A DNA stretch of 64,000 nucleotides from a virus (IMGVR_UViG_3300028585_000019:26975-90974), one strand, 5' to 3'; numbered from the stretch's first letter, positions 51,140 through 60,661 are shown. The notes: generated from the letters alone by a model not told the origin. A program made the numbers and translations.

Positions 51140-52896
51140 TATTCCTCCAGTTCTACTAAAATTTCAGGGTGGTTCATTTTGTATTCTTCCCAGTCGTGTA
51201 GCTGACCAGTCTTGTAATCAAAGTATACCTCACAAGCGAGCCCTGTGCTAGAGGCATGTCGGTTCTTATGGATCGTAACTTTACTAACGTTTCGTAGGAT
51301 TGGGTTCTCGTGCAGCTTATCCCGCTCGATACTGATTGTCTGTGCTGCACTCTTCATTACAGTAGAAGATCCGATAATGTCGCTCTCTGTCAACCCCGAA
51401 GAGGAACCAGAGGCAAGCTTACGGGTGTGGCAAATCAAGTACACAGACAATTGCGGGTATTCTAGCACAAGCTTCTTCAGCCATGCAACAAAAGATTCTT
51501 GTTCTTCTAGAGAACAGCCAGCAACCAAATCAGAGTACGGATCAGCCACAAGCACCGTTACGCCAAGCTGAATGATCATCTCAAGAATACTTTCCTTAGT
51601 CCCCTCAATACCATCTCCACGAGAGTCATAAACATAGAAACGACTCTTGCCGGAGGGGTCTACCAGAAAGTCTTGTACTTTGCTTTTTACTTCTTCTTGT
51701 TGAAGATAATTTAGCCGATCCTCACCCTGCATAGCGTTCAGGTTTACACCTAGCGCCCTAGAGATAATGTTCGTTGCGTATTTATTCTTACTCGCCTCAA
51801 GACTCATAATACCCACAGTCTCGTGCGGCTCGTTCATAATTGTATGCGCAACAATAGTATCAACAAAGAGGCTCTTGCCCTGGCTTGTAGAGGCAAAGAT
51901 GACATTCAGCTCATTCTTCACCAAACCACCACCAAACATATCCGCAACTTTCTTAAGGAACGGTGGTAAGGATAGCCGTTCAACATTCGTATATTCCAGT
52001 GCTGCATCATACAGTGTGCTTGAGGCATGAACTCCACTTGGTGTCCAAGGCTTTGCAGCCCAGAAGTCGTTATACAGTTCGTCCTCTTTACCCTTCGCCA
52101 CATACTCATTAGGATCTTTGTAGCGCATAGTCATAACGAATACTTTACCACGCGGCAGGATCTTACATACTTTCTCTGCTGCTGCCTTCCCTGCTGCATC
52201 TGAATCTAGTGCCACAATGCAACGCTTAAACTGAGAGAAGAACTTGTAGTTAGCTTGAATCTGCTTGTACGCACCGGATTCTCCGATTGTTGGAGAAACT
52301 ACAGCGACTGGATTATATTGCTTATTCTTTTGCTTGTCCGAAAGAACTTGGAACAGACTGAGGGCGTCGATTTCACCGCCGACAATTACTACCGTATCAG
52401 CAAAAGTCTTAAAGCGTACTTGACCAAACAAATCCACATCCTTACCTGTCTCGCCAAAAGGATTTGGAAAGGATTTAACTTCTTTACGAATCTTGTATCC
52501 ACTCAGCTCATAGTCCTTTGTCGCAGGATAGTAACTCTCAGACACAGCTCCAGTATTGTCATCATATAGATAACGAACCCCATAGAACTTAGACGTTTCA
52601 TCACGAATGCCACGATAACCATTAGTTCGCATTCCTGTTTTTGCTTTAAGTTCAGCAAAAACCTCATCATTAAAAGGTTTACCCACTACGTTAATCTCCT
52701 CATCATCTTCAATTTCACCATGTTCGGCTAACCAATCATCACTAGGGATAGTGAACTCACAGCTCCAACAGTAGGCGCCCTTGCCTTCTCCGTAAACATG
52801 CAAGTTATTCCTAGAACGATCATTACCATTTTTAATACACCTTGGACACCCCGTCTTATGTTGATGAGATAGATCAATTCCGTATTTATTACTCAT
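51139..52896 (-). CDS. T7-like primase-helicase
   Basis: CPRC/CWSC Zn finger; TOPRIM GGEIDA, DSD.AG and KDPNE; Walker A STSQGKS; H.RK; KNR. Confidence 0.93.
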   Translation of the reverse strand: MSNKYGIDLSHQHKTGCPRCIKNGNDRSRNNLHVYGEGKGAYCWSCEFTIPSDDWLAEHGEIEDDEEINVVGKPFNDEVFAELKAKTGMRTNGYRGIRDETSKFYGVRYLYDDNTGAVSESYYPATKDYELSGYKIRKEVKSFPNPFGETGKDVDLFGQVRFKTFADTVVIVGGEIDALSLFQVLSDKQKNKQYNPVAVVSPTIGESGAYKQIQANYKFFSQFKRCIVALDSDAAGKAAAEKVCKILPRGKVFVMTMRYKDPNEYVAKGKEDELYNDFWAAKPWTPSGVHASSTLYDAALEYTNVERLSLPPFLKKVADMFGGGLVKNELNVIFASTSQGKSLFVDTIVAHTIMNEPHETVGIMSLEASKNKYATNIISRALGVNLNAMQGEDRLNYLQQEEVKSKVQDFLVDPSGKSRFYVYDSRGDGIEGTKESILEMIIQLGVTVLVADPYSDLVAGCSLEEQESFVAWLKKLVLEYPQLSVYLICHTRKLASGSSSGLTESDIIGSSTVMKSAAQTISIERDKLHENPILRNVSKVTIHKNRHASSTGLACEVYFDYKTGQLHDWEEYKMNHPEILVELEE

Positions 52897-52936
52897 CCAC
52901 CCTCCCACTTATTTACCTAAATGCCTATTCTATAAG

Positions 52937-53149
52937 CTATTTTATCTCCAACACAGCACTCACCGGCTCAAATACGTCACCATTAAATTGATGATCATGA
53001 AATACAGAACCACTCTCCAAACAAACCATCGTATCATCCTCTGTCATCAACAGATACTTTTGGAGACGCGAACTGATATAGACAAATCCACAATTCAAAT
53101 CATCAAAACTAAGCTCTTGCTTCTTATTCCTAAGATCATTCACCTTCAT
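52937..53149 (-). CDS. hypothetical protein
   Basis: 70-aa ORF with RBS. Confidence 0.6.
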   Translation of the reverse strand: MKVNDLRNKKQELSFDDLNCGFVYISSRLQKYLLMTEDDTMVCLESGSVFHDHQFNGDVFEPVSAVLEIK

Positions 53150-53546
53150 AACTAATTTCCTTTTCCCAATCTAAAGCCTCATTAAACAATGCCTCTGCAT
53201 TATAGAATATTGTACCAGCTTGATCAACTGAATCGATACTTGTGTAATAAGAGTCACCGTCATGGTTATAGTCCCAGCCTAGTTGATAACTACAAACCTC
53301 ATTAGTCTTAGTAGAAACATGTGCCTTAAAGTAACTTACATAACTATGACAGTTAAAATGTGGCTGATCGAACATTCCTCCATCACAATTAAACAATTTG
53401 AATGCTGGATGCTTTGGGTAAATATATAAATAAGTACACCAGATATTCTCATCTGCGTAATTCTTATGTTTACTCACAACTACAGCAAATGTGTTGCTTT
53501 CTTTCTTCCACTCAAGCTTTGGTTTCCAACCTTCTAGATTTGCCAC
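53136..53546 (-). CDS. hypothetical phage protein
   Basis: WCTY.YI...HP and LGWDYNH motifs. Confidence 0.65.
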   Translation of the reverse strand: MANLEGWKPKLEWKKESNTFAVVVSKHKNYADENIWCTYLYIYPKHPAFKLFNCDGGMFDQPHFNCHSYVSYFKAHVSTKTNEVCSYQLGWDYNHDGDSYYTSIDSVDQAGTIFYNAEALFNEALDWEKEISYEGE

Positions 53547-53746
53547 ATTAATTCTCCTATTTCAATCACAAGAACATTCACACCCTGCTTGATAAATATC
53601 CCTTTCCAAATCCTCAATTTCAATCTTAAAACTCTCAATCCTTTCTTCATAATCATCAAGAATCTTAATCACCACTCAAACCATCAATACTACCCTGACG
53701 GATATAATGACCAAGCTCCCAGCCTGTCATATTATTTAGCATGGAT

Positions 53747-53938
53747 TCACTGAACATTAGTCTCTTTCTCCTTAAAAGTTACAGAATGTACAATATCAAG
53801 CTCTTCGCCTAGGATGACTCGGTAATATTCAAAATCTTTTGCTTCAATAAACTGACGAGCTTCATCAGGATCTTCGAATAAATATAGAATTAGGTCTTGA
53901 TACGTACCAAGGTCTCCAGCTAATACAAAATAATTCAT
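53747..53938 (-). CDS. hypothetical protein
   Basis: 63 aa, GAGGAG RBS. Confidence 0.6.
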   Translation of the reverse strand: MNYFVLAGDLGTYQDLILYLFEDPDEARQFIEAKDFEYYRVILGEELDIVHSVTFKEKETNVQ

Positions 53939-53950
53939 TTATCTTTCTCC

Positions 53951-54154
53951 TCAAACATTGTAAATAACAACCCAAGTCTGGGTGTTAGGATTAAAAGCAT
54001 ACCACTCTTTCTTCCCACCAGTCAAGTGAATTGTAGCTGTGTATTCTCCACTCATTGCCTGTACCATGTCCTGAGAGATGGTGACATAAGCACTCTCATC
54101 ACGTTCTTGCACACGCTTGATAAGCTCGTTCTTGAATTGTTCAATCTTATTCAT
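53951..54154 (-). CDS. hypothetical protein
   Basis: 67-aa ORF. Confidence 0.6.
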   Translation of the reverse strand: MNKIEQFKNELIKRVQERDESAYVTISQDMVQAMSGEYTATIHLTGGKKEWYAFNPNTQTWVVIYNV

Positions 54155-54506
54155 TGATTATCTCATAGACAGGAGAAGCATTAATCATAGATTCATAGCA
54201 CTCTGCATCAGTTTCTGTGTCGGAACGAGCTGAATCTTGATATTCATCGCTCCCGTGGTATTCCCATGCAGCGTCTAGCATAGCCTGTGTAGGTTTTATA
54301 GGAACAAGGCGCCATCCCTCTGGCACAACTGATAGATTAGTTTCTAAGTATGCTTTAATAAATTCAAACGCTTTTTGAGTGTCTTTGTATTTAAAACTTT
54401 CAAACTCATCACCACAGCGTCTAATATTCAAAAATGAATCACTCAGACCTAAAGCGTTGTGTACTCCACAAGTCAACTCAAACGCCCTCTTTTCAATCTT
54501 ATTCAT
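54147..54506 (-). CDS. hypothetical protein with a VPEGWRLVP..PT.AM motif (lambdoid Ea-region type)
   Basis: Likely start MNKIEKR after GGGGG; motif common in prophage accessory proteins. Confidence 0.6.
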   Translation of the reverse strand: MNKIEKRAFELTCGVHNALGLSDSFLNIRRCGDEFESFKYKDTQKAFEFIKAYLETNLSVVPEGWRLVPIKPTQAMLDAAWEYHGSDEYQDSARSDTETDAECYESMINASPVYEIINE

Positions 54507-54507
54507 A

Positions 54508-54840
54508 CTAGATAGCCCCCTTCTCAGACTTCTTCTTATTTGCATTATAACAATCTTTGAATACTTTATCAGAATACTGTTTAATATATTTCTGCTTATA
54601 TTCCTCTGTATCCAATACAGAATATTCATATGCTTGTTCAATCAACAAAACAAATAGCTTATTGCCTTGTGCAGCTTGAAGCATCTCAACCATAGGGACA
54701 TCAGCTTGGCGTGCTGTCATCACATCTTTAGCAATATCACCAATGATCGTGCATTTCTCAATATATTGATCTTTTGTTTCTGCTGCTTGTACATTGAATG
54801 TAGCAAAAGCGACAAGAGTTGCTAGGATAATAGATTTCAT
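54508..54840 (-). CDS. secreted/periplasmic hypothetical protein
   Basis: Sec signal peptide (VQA-AE); C...A..VM.ARQ; terminal Cys. Confidence 0.7.
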   Translation of the reverse strand: MKSIILATLVAFATFNVQAAETKDQYIEKCTIIGDIAKDVMTARQADVPMVEMLQAAQGNKLFVLLIEQAYEYSVLDTEEYKQKYIKQYSDKVFKDCYNANKKKSEKGAI

Positions 54841-55056
54841 TTATTCATCTCCTTTAATAATAAACCAAGTAATTTCTGCATCAGGACAAGTGCCCTTACC
54901 AGTTTCAAAGTCGTCGTTTTCATCGTTGTAGTATTCAAGATATCCACGATCATTCCAACGTAGTGTATCAGACCAAAGCTTATTATTGAATTCCCACACA
55001 CCAACAAACTGCCCTTTGAAAGATTTATCTGGCATTTGTTTCAACTTCTTAAGCAT
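54841..55056 (-). CDS. hypothetical protein
   Basis: 71 aa, AGGAG RBS. Confidence 0.6.
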   Translation of the reverse strand: MLKKLKQMPDKSFKGQFVGVWEFNNKLWSDTLRWNDRGYLEYYNDENDDFETGKGTCPDAEITWFIIKGDE

Positions 55057-55067
55057 CTCATTTCTCC

Positions 55068-55412
55068 TTAATCTTTATTGAACTCAATCCACATACGAAG
55101 AAGCTTGTTCTCCAGTGAGGTAAGCTTAGCTTCAATATCCTCTTCAGTCAAGCTGTAAATTTTCAAGGCTGACCAGTGACTATCTTTACCCTCATGGCAC
55201 ATTTCCATCTCAACACCATTACACTGCTCCCCATTAAGCACTAGGCGGCTGATCACCACATTAATGTGGAGTTTATCATTGCACTGGCACAAGGGAATCG
55301 TTTCATCAAAATCCTCCCGGTTATCGATACGAGCTTGCCAGCGCTCAGTAGTGCCAAAGCTATCTTTTTCATTCTTCCAGTTTTTATAGCCTACCTCTTC
55401 AAGAGCTTTCAT
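55068..55412 (-). CDS. hypothetical protein
   Basis: 114 aa, GAGGAG RBS. Confidence 0.65.
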   Translation of the reverse strand: MKALEEVGYKNWKNEKDSFGTTERWQARIDNREDFDETIPLCQCNDKLHINVVISRLVLNGEQCNGVEMEMCHEGKDSHWSALKIYSLTEEDIEAKLTSLENKLLRMWIEFNKD

Positions 55413-55633
55413 TATTTCTCCTCAATTTTAGGGAAAGCTACAACAGCTTTCAATTCACAATGTACGTTACGTGGGAGGTGTTGTTCGCATTCTACTACAA
55501 GCTCTTTATGCTTTGCAAGCTCTGTGTTCAAGGGACGAATCACCATGTACCCAAACACTACAATGCTTACGATCATCATAATAAAACCACCAGTCATAAC
55601 ACCAGCACCAAAATCCACAGAGTTTCTGTTCAT
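55412..55633 (-). CDS. small membrane protein
   Basis: TM segment followed by a CE..LPRN..C motif. Confidence 0.65.
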   Translation of the reverse strand: MNRNSVDFGAGVMTGGFIMMIVSIVVFGYMVIRPLNTELAKHKELVVECEQHLPRNVHCELKAVVAFPKIEEK

Positions 55634-55745
55634 TTACTCATCCTCTCTATCAAAGTTAGGTCAAGAAGGACAGGAAGAAGCATAAGCCAAGCTGTCCAAC
55701 TGTCATCAAAGAAATAACGTAAAGTAATATATGCTACCACTGTGA

Positions 55746-56387
55746 TCATTTTAATCCCTTAGCAGGCTCCCAGGAACCAATGCAGTCCGGGCAAATCGAT
55801 GAGTGCCCGATAATTCCTACGTCATTGCAGGTTGCGCACTTGGGTTTGGCAGGCTCTGCGCTGGCGTCCATCCGATCAAGGATCACACCGGCTGCTCTCA
55901 AAGCATCATTTCGGGCCACGCACGGCTGATACCCGCGCAGCACAGACATGATCAGTAGGAGCTCGTCACGCTCATTTGCCAGCTTCCGCTCAGCCGCATC
56001 GGCGCGCTGGGTGGCGGCTTCGATGTCACATTGGTGCTGGGTAATAGCCTCATCCTTGAAGCGAATTTGTTGCAGTGCGTGTTTCAGCTCGGCGGCGGTA
56101 GTCTTATTCAACTCGCACTCTGAAGCGAGGGACTTCTTGAAAGACTCAAGGCGACCCCGCAACTGCGCCACCTCGGACGGGCCGGCGTGGGTGTAAACGA
56201 CACGACATAGGTAGTTTTCCGGGTCGAGAGTACATGCGGTATACCGAAGGCGATCAACATCGTCCCAACCATCTACTCCATTACTGACCTGGTACACCGG
56301 CTCCTGCTCAGAATTAATAAACTCCATCAGCTTTGCAATCTCTTCTTCTGTATAACCACGGCCTTTACTGTCATAAATCATCAACAT
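55746..56387 (-). CDS. mosaic hypothetical protein with a GC-rich prophage-like body
   Basis: EPVYQ...W.DV, coiled coil QRADAAERKL, C-terminal CxxC..CxxC; abrupt rise in GC. Confidence 0.7.
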   Translation of the reverse strand: MLMIYDSKGRGYTEEEIAKLMEFINSEQEPVYQVSNGVDGWDDVDRLRYTACTLDPENYLCRVVYTHAGPSEVAQLRGRLESFKKSLASECELNKTTAAELKHALQQIRFKDEAITQHQCDIEAATQRADAAERKLANERDELLLIMSVLRGYQPCVARNDALRAAGVILDRMDASAEPAKPKCATCNDVGIIGHSSICPDCIGSWEPAKGLK

Positions 56388-56478
56388 ATTCCTTCTCCTG
56401 TTTGTATATTCGATACCCTAATTCTACCCCAACACATCACACAATGCAATGGAAATAGGTATTGTATGTTTCTATTGA

Positions 56479-56826
56479 CTATTGTTTGTTGATAGGCTTG
56501 TCAATATCAATTACACAAATGTCTCCAGCAAATTTAGCATACACAAGCTTCCCTCCACGGTCAACACATTTCTGTTGCATGATTACTAGTTCATCCTTCC
56601 AATCGAGCTGAACCGTGTCTTCTAACACGATTAAAACTATGATCATAGTAGGTAAAAGGAATAACAGTAAAGCAAGGATCAGTAATAGCTTATCGGGAGT
56701 GTGTGGGACTTGTTTACTGTTACGGAGACTTTTATATCTTCCGGGATAGCTGCCGCCGCCATATGTGCTTATAGCAGTCAGTCCTGGGTTTGCTCCGATA
56801 AGAGCTATCATTGCTGGGTTGCTCAT
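56479..56826 (-). CDS. membrane-anchored hypothetical protein
   Basis: GGAGG RBS, central TM segment, C..RGG..C motif. Confidence 0.65.
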   Translation of the reverse strand: MSNPAMIALIGANPGLTAISTYGGGSYPGRYKSLRNSKQVPHTPDKLLLILALLLFLLPTMIIVLIVLEDTVQLDWKDELVIMQQKCVDRGGKLVYAKFAGDICVIDIDKPINKQ

Positions 56827-56858
56827 TCTATTCCTCCTTCGGTTTGTTTGTTCTGCTC

Positions 56859-56977
56859 ATTCTAGTAGGTGTGCTGAGAGCAAGTCAACACGTTAATGTA
56901 TTATTTTGGTTAATAGTTAGTATTAATGTGATTAATGATAATATAGGTTGACACAGATATTGTTGATCACACATAAT
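56859..56977. promoter_or_regulatory. divergent sigma70 promoters around an AT-rich tract
   Basis: Minus strand TTGACT-18-TAGAAT (56888-56859); plus strand TTGACA-18-CATAAT (about 56948-56977). Confidence 0.6.
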
Positions 56978-56979
56978 AC

Positions 56980-57317
56980 TAAAGGCTGTGTGGTGTTTCG
57001 CCAGCAAGCTTGAGGTATTTTCTACCTACAGCCTCTGGGTATAAACACCACATTAATTATATTGAACTTAACTAGATAGAAATAATAAGATTGAAAAGAA
57101 AGAAAGCAGTAAAATCTGAAACCGTACTCCGACCTCGACACGAAGGAAAGAAGGATATTTATTCTCATCTTGTGCTGATCGTAATCGGGCTTTAGAACGA
57201 AGTGAGCTTCACCATTGGTTGTGTGCTAAAACGAAGTGAGACAGAAAGACTCGTCTCTAGGTAGAAACGCCATACAGATGGAGTATAAAATACATGAACT
57301 AATAAACGGAGTAAATT
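56980..57317 (+). other. candidate replication origin / structured leader
   Basis: Non-coding; at the strand switch; overlapping inverted repeats; AACGAAGTGAG twice; precedes a wHTH gene. Confidence 0.4.
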
Positions 57318-57830
57318 ATGAAAGATCAGAAAGAACAATTTTTAATGCTACCTTATAGCCTTTTGAGTGCCGGGGGTTATGTAAACAATAGCGGAGAATG
57401 CCAAAAGATGACCTTGACAGAGAAGATTATCTATGCACATATTCGTAACAGATTTTTATTTTTTACAAGCTTAGGTAAGGAATATTTCGATACTCAAAAG
57501 TCTATTGCTGAAGTGTGCAACATGGACATCAAAGCTGTTGGGAATGTGCTGCGTAAATTTATCAAGGACGATCTTACAACGATCTATAAGAAGCAGCAAG
57601 GGAATTACTTAAAGAATGTGTATGTGAGTGTGCCACCATTAACACTTTGGTGGAAGGGTCACAAGCCAGTGGAGCCTGAAACTTATGACACATGTGACTA
57701 TGACAAACCAAAAGATTTTGTTGTGGAATTGCCAGATATAGTATATGGAGACGATGATTCTCGTGGTCTGGATCTTTTTGACAACGGAGATATTGACAAG
57801 TATTTTGACATGCTCTACAATTCACCATAG
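57318..57830 (+). CDS. winged-helix DNA-binding protein (replication initiator-like, DUF6945-type)
   Basis: F.MLPY.LL, TEKIIY, FDTQKSIAEVCNMD.KAV..VL HTH; acidic tail. Confidence 0.65.
   Translation: MKDQKEQFLMLPYSLLSAGGYVNNSGECQKMTLTEKIIYAHIRNRFLFFTSLGKEYFDTQKSIAEVCNMDIKAVGNVLRKFIKDDLTTIYKKQQGNYLKNVYVSVPPLTLWWKGHKPVEPETYDTCDYDKPKDFVVELPDIVYGDDDSRGLDLFDNGDIDKYFDMLYNSP
57793..57821 (+). promoter_or_regulatory. sigma70 promoter
   Basis: TTGACA-17-TACAAT. Confidence 0.7.
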
Positions 57831-57877
57831 ATCGAGCTAACACCCCCGATACAAACCAACCAGTAGGAGAAAAACAA

Positions 57878-58150
57878 ATGCAAAACCTTGTTGAAAAAGT
57901 GATGACTTGGAACAGATACCCTGACCAAAACCCTGTTTGGGAAGGTTGGGAGTATGTACCTGATACAGAAGAAGCACGTCTGCAATTGGCAGAGATCCTT
58001 GAATACGACACAGATGGTGGGATGTACGCCCCCACAACAGCATGCCTTCAGATTGATGGCAATCGCTATGTCATTGAGGTAGATGGTTATGTATGGGAAA
58101 CGACAGCTGAGAATTTCCAAGGTATTCTAGAAAAGCTACAAAACACTTGA
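57878..58150 (+). CDS. hypothetical early protein
   Basis: 90 aa, AGGAG RBS. Confidence 0.7.
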   Translation: MQNLVEKVMTWNRYPDQNPVWEGWEYVPDTEEARLQLAEILEYDTDGGMYAPTTACLQIDGNRYVIEVDGYVWETTAENFQGILEKLQNT

Positions 58151-58175
58151 CACACCACATAAGTGTGCCTAAGAT
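58147..58175 (+). promoter_or_regulatory. sigma70 promoter
   Basis: TTGACA-17-TAAGAT. Confidence 0.65.
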
Positions 58176-58201
58176 GTACAAACCAAACACAGGGGGGTAA
58201 A

Positions 58202-58423
58202 ATGAATCACAAAGAAATCAAAGAACAGTGGTATGATCAGTTCATGGAGATGTTATGGGAACATCACACATATGATTGGAAATATGGGAACAGCGATCCT
58301 AATTATCCATTTCAATTAGCAGTGGTCTACTTTGATTGGGAATGGGATGCTTGGGGCAATGCAGTATGTCCAGAAAGGACACCACAAGAAGCGTTTGAAG
58401 AATATCTGGAGAGTCTAGAATGA
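58202..58423 (+). CDS. hypothetical early protein (Trp-rich)
   Basis: AGGGGGG RBS; C-terminal TPQEAFEE. Confidence 0.65.
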   Translation: MNHKEIKEQWYDQFMEMLWEHHTYDWKYGNSDPNYPFQLAVVYFDWEWDAWGNAVCPERTPQEAFEEYLESLE

Positions 58424-58755
58424 ACAATCATATCCCACAACCTAAGTTTTCTGTTGGTGAGAAAGTTTTACGGCAAGCTCCAGAACCTTATTATACAAAA
58501 TTTAATGGGGAGTATGTGGTTGTGAGTGTTATGACCAAACAGGAATATGAAAATTTAGTTCCAGGGGTTTTAGCAATTGGTGATTTCTATTATACTCTAG
58601 ACGGCTTGCGAATAGAGGTTGAAAACCTCTTTGGAGAAAAGTCTGGAGTTGTTAGTTCACACACAGCAGAGCGATTCCTACGTAAAAAGCACGATGGCTC
58701 TGAGTTTACATTTGATCAGCTTATGTCTACACTAAAGCAGCCATGTAATGCTTAA
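58420..58755 (+). CDS. hypothetical protein (SH3-like PKFSVGEKV start)
   Basis: 111 aa; C-terminal FTFDQLMSTLK. Confidence 0.7.
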   Translation: MNNHIPQPKFSVGEKVLRQAPEPYYTKFNGEYVVVSVMTKQEYENLVPGVLAIGDFYYTLDGLRIEVENLFGEKSGVVSSHTAERFLRKKHDGSEFTFDQLMSTLKQPCNA

Positions 58756-58775
58756 TTGAAAATTATTAAAGGAGA

Positions 58776-59036
58776 ATGGGAATGTTAGTAGATTTTGCAA
58801 ATAATAATCCATGGTATCTTTGGGTTTTCATTCCAAGCGGGATGGTACTCATTTCCGGTTTATGCTCTTCACTTGGTATTTCTAAGTGGTGGTCTTTTAT
58901 TGCTGGTGTAAACCCGATTACAGCCATTATCCTTTTCTTACTGGCATTAGCACCTCTTGTTGTCTTGGCTTTTTCAGCTTTCATGGCTTTTGTTGTACTA
59001 GTTGTACATTTACTCCATAAGGAGATTGATAAATGA
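58776..59036 (+). CDS. membrane protein
   Basis: Multiple hydrophobic segments; AAGGAG RBS. Confidence 0.6.
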   Translation: MGMLVDFANNNPWYLWVFIPSGMVLISGLCSSLGISKWWSFIAGVNPITAIILFLLALAPLVVLAFSAFMAFVVLVVHLLHKEIDK

Positions 59037-59353
59037 ACTTCACAGTATACCTATCAGATATCTTTATTGAACAATACCCACTAATCTCTAATGCTCGTCT
59101 GAATGTATCTGTAACAGAAGCTATTGACACGAAGCCACACAAGGGGTATTCTCAAACGTGTGACAGTGACTGGGACTATGAAGGTGCTAAGAGCATTGAT
59201 TTCGAGCCGATGTGGGGAGAACATAAACCTACGGCTTCTGCTTCTTGGAAAGCCCTAACGCCCGATCAGATGCAAGATATTTGTGAAGAATATGAAGATG
59301 AGATTGTAAAAATGCTTTGGGAATTTATTGAGGAGATTAATAATGATTATTGA
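59033..59353 (+). CDS. hypothetical protein
   Basis: 106 aa; CDSDWDY motif. Confidence 0.7.
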   Translation: MNFTVYLSDIFIEQYPLISNARLNVSVTEAIDTKPHKGYSQTCDSDWDYEGAKSIDFEPMWGEHKPTASASWKALTPDQMQDICEEYEDEIVKMLWEFIEEINNDY

Positions 59354-59645
59354 TAAAGAGAATTCATTTATTCTCAAAACACCAAATGAGTTGAATAAAA
59401 TTAACTCTGGTAAGTTTGGCCCTCTCAGTGATCCTCCCTACCCAGAGGGTGGTGACCACACTTTAATTTCCAAGATTCGCTTTGTCCTGAATGGAGATAA
59501 GTTTGAAGAAGGTTACATTATGTCGAAACAAGAGTATGAATTTCTTGGTAAAGATTTTGCAAAGCAAGTTGTGATTAACAAAATGTCTCAAGAGGTTGGT
59601 AATTTTGTGAAAAACGAAATTAAATACGAAATGGAAAATATGTAG
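59343..59645 (+). CDS. hypothetical protein
   Basis: GAGGAG RBS; followed by a terminator. Confidence 0.6.
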   Translation: MIIDKENSFILKTPNELNKINSGKFGPLSDPPYPEGGDHTLISKIRFVLNGDKFEEGYIMSKQEYEFLGKDFAKQVVINKMSQEVGNFVKNEIKYEMENM

Positions 59646-59668
59646 CCGCCTTGTGCGGCTTTTCTTTT
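59644..59668 (+). terminator. rho-independent terminator
   Basis: AGCCGC-CTTGT-GCGGCT-TTTCTTTT. Confidence 0.8.
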
Positions 59669-59756
59669 ATAAAATAATTTAAATTTTTGTTGATATGAAT
59701 GTGGCTAAGGCTTATTCTAGCTTCAATGACACTGAATGTAGCTGAGGAGATATTAG

Positions 59757-59957
59757 ATGAACGATAACAGACACCAAGCGATTTGTGATTGCAAATATGC
59801 ACTTAGTCTTTCTGAGACAGCTTTGCAGCAACACTTGAACGTTTGGTTTGAAGATCAGTACATTCAATCTGTATCAGATCAAGAATACTTCTTGACACTA
59901 CAAGAAATCCAAGCTAAGCTACACACAAATGAATGCTTGTTGAAAAAACAGGTATAA
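59757..59957 (+). CDS. hypothetical protein
   Basis: 66 aa, GAGGAG RBS. Confidence 0.6.
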   Translation: MNDNRHQAICDCKYALSLSETALQQHLNVWFEDQYIQSVSDQEYFLTLQEIQAKLHTNECLLKKQV

Positions 59958-59972
59958 CAGAGGAGAATAGAG

Positions 59973-60197
59973 GTGAGCAAGAGCTTTAAGAAGTGGAAGC
60001 CTAAGACTGGCAGTCCAATCTCCCAAAAAGAACAGAAATATTATTTTGATTTCCCAACCGAGCCTATTGGAGGCGGGAACCCTTACTACTGCTGTAAATA
60101 TTGTAAACGGAGTGTCCCTGAAATAAATGGGCAATTGAATGAACACCATGTCTGGTGCGAGTACAGGATTATTCAAGAGTTGGGTGGCAAGCTGTGA
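59973..60197 (+). CDS. small Zn-finger-like protein
   Basis: GGGNPYYCCKYC..S.PEING.L..H..WC. Confidence 0.65.
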   Translation: MSKSFKKWKPKTGSPISQKEQKYYFDFPTEPIGGGNPYYCCKYCKRSVPEINGQLNEHHVWCEYRIIQELGGKL

Positions 60198-60379
60198 ATC
60201 AGACATTCGCCTCACACGTAAAAGCAGAGCTAGAATCTGCTGGATATTCTTTCACAAAGGATGTTGACAACTACCGGAGTATGGTCGATACTAGTGTTGT
60301 AGTTGAAAGCAACAGAAGCTTAGGGTGTCTTTTGAGAAGCCTTGCTAAGCAATTTAATATTGAATAGGAGAAATAAGAT

Positions 60380-60661
60380 ATGAAAGCAAATTTCTATAAG
60401 GCACCTAATGGTCAGAAAGAAAATATGCAAATCACCAATATCTACCCTGAAGATGAAGAATTCTTCACAAAATACGATATCACCATCAGTATGGAAGAGT
60501 TGGGTGATCAATATGTTGTATATGCAGACACAGGCTATGAAAATGAAGATGGGTACCCAGAAGAATTTATTGCTTTAGCTGAAGGACGTAATTGTGAAGA
60601 TGTTTTGAAAGAACTTCGTGAACTCTGTGAAAACTTTCTCAAGGAAAACGAACATGTTTAA
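60380..60661 (+). CDS. hypothetical acidic protein
   Basis: 93 aa, AGGAG RBS. Confidence 0.7.
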   Translation: MKANFYKAPNGQKENMQITNIYPEDEEFFTKYDITISMEELGDQYVVYADTGYENEDGYPEEFIALAEGRNCEDVLKELRELCENFLKENEHV

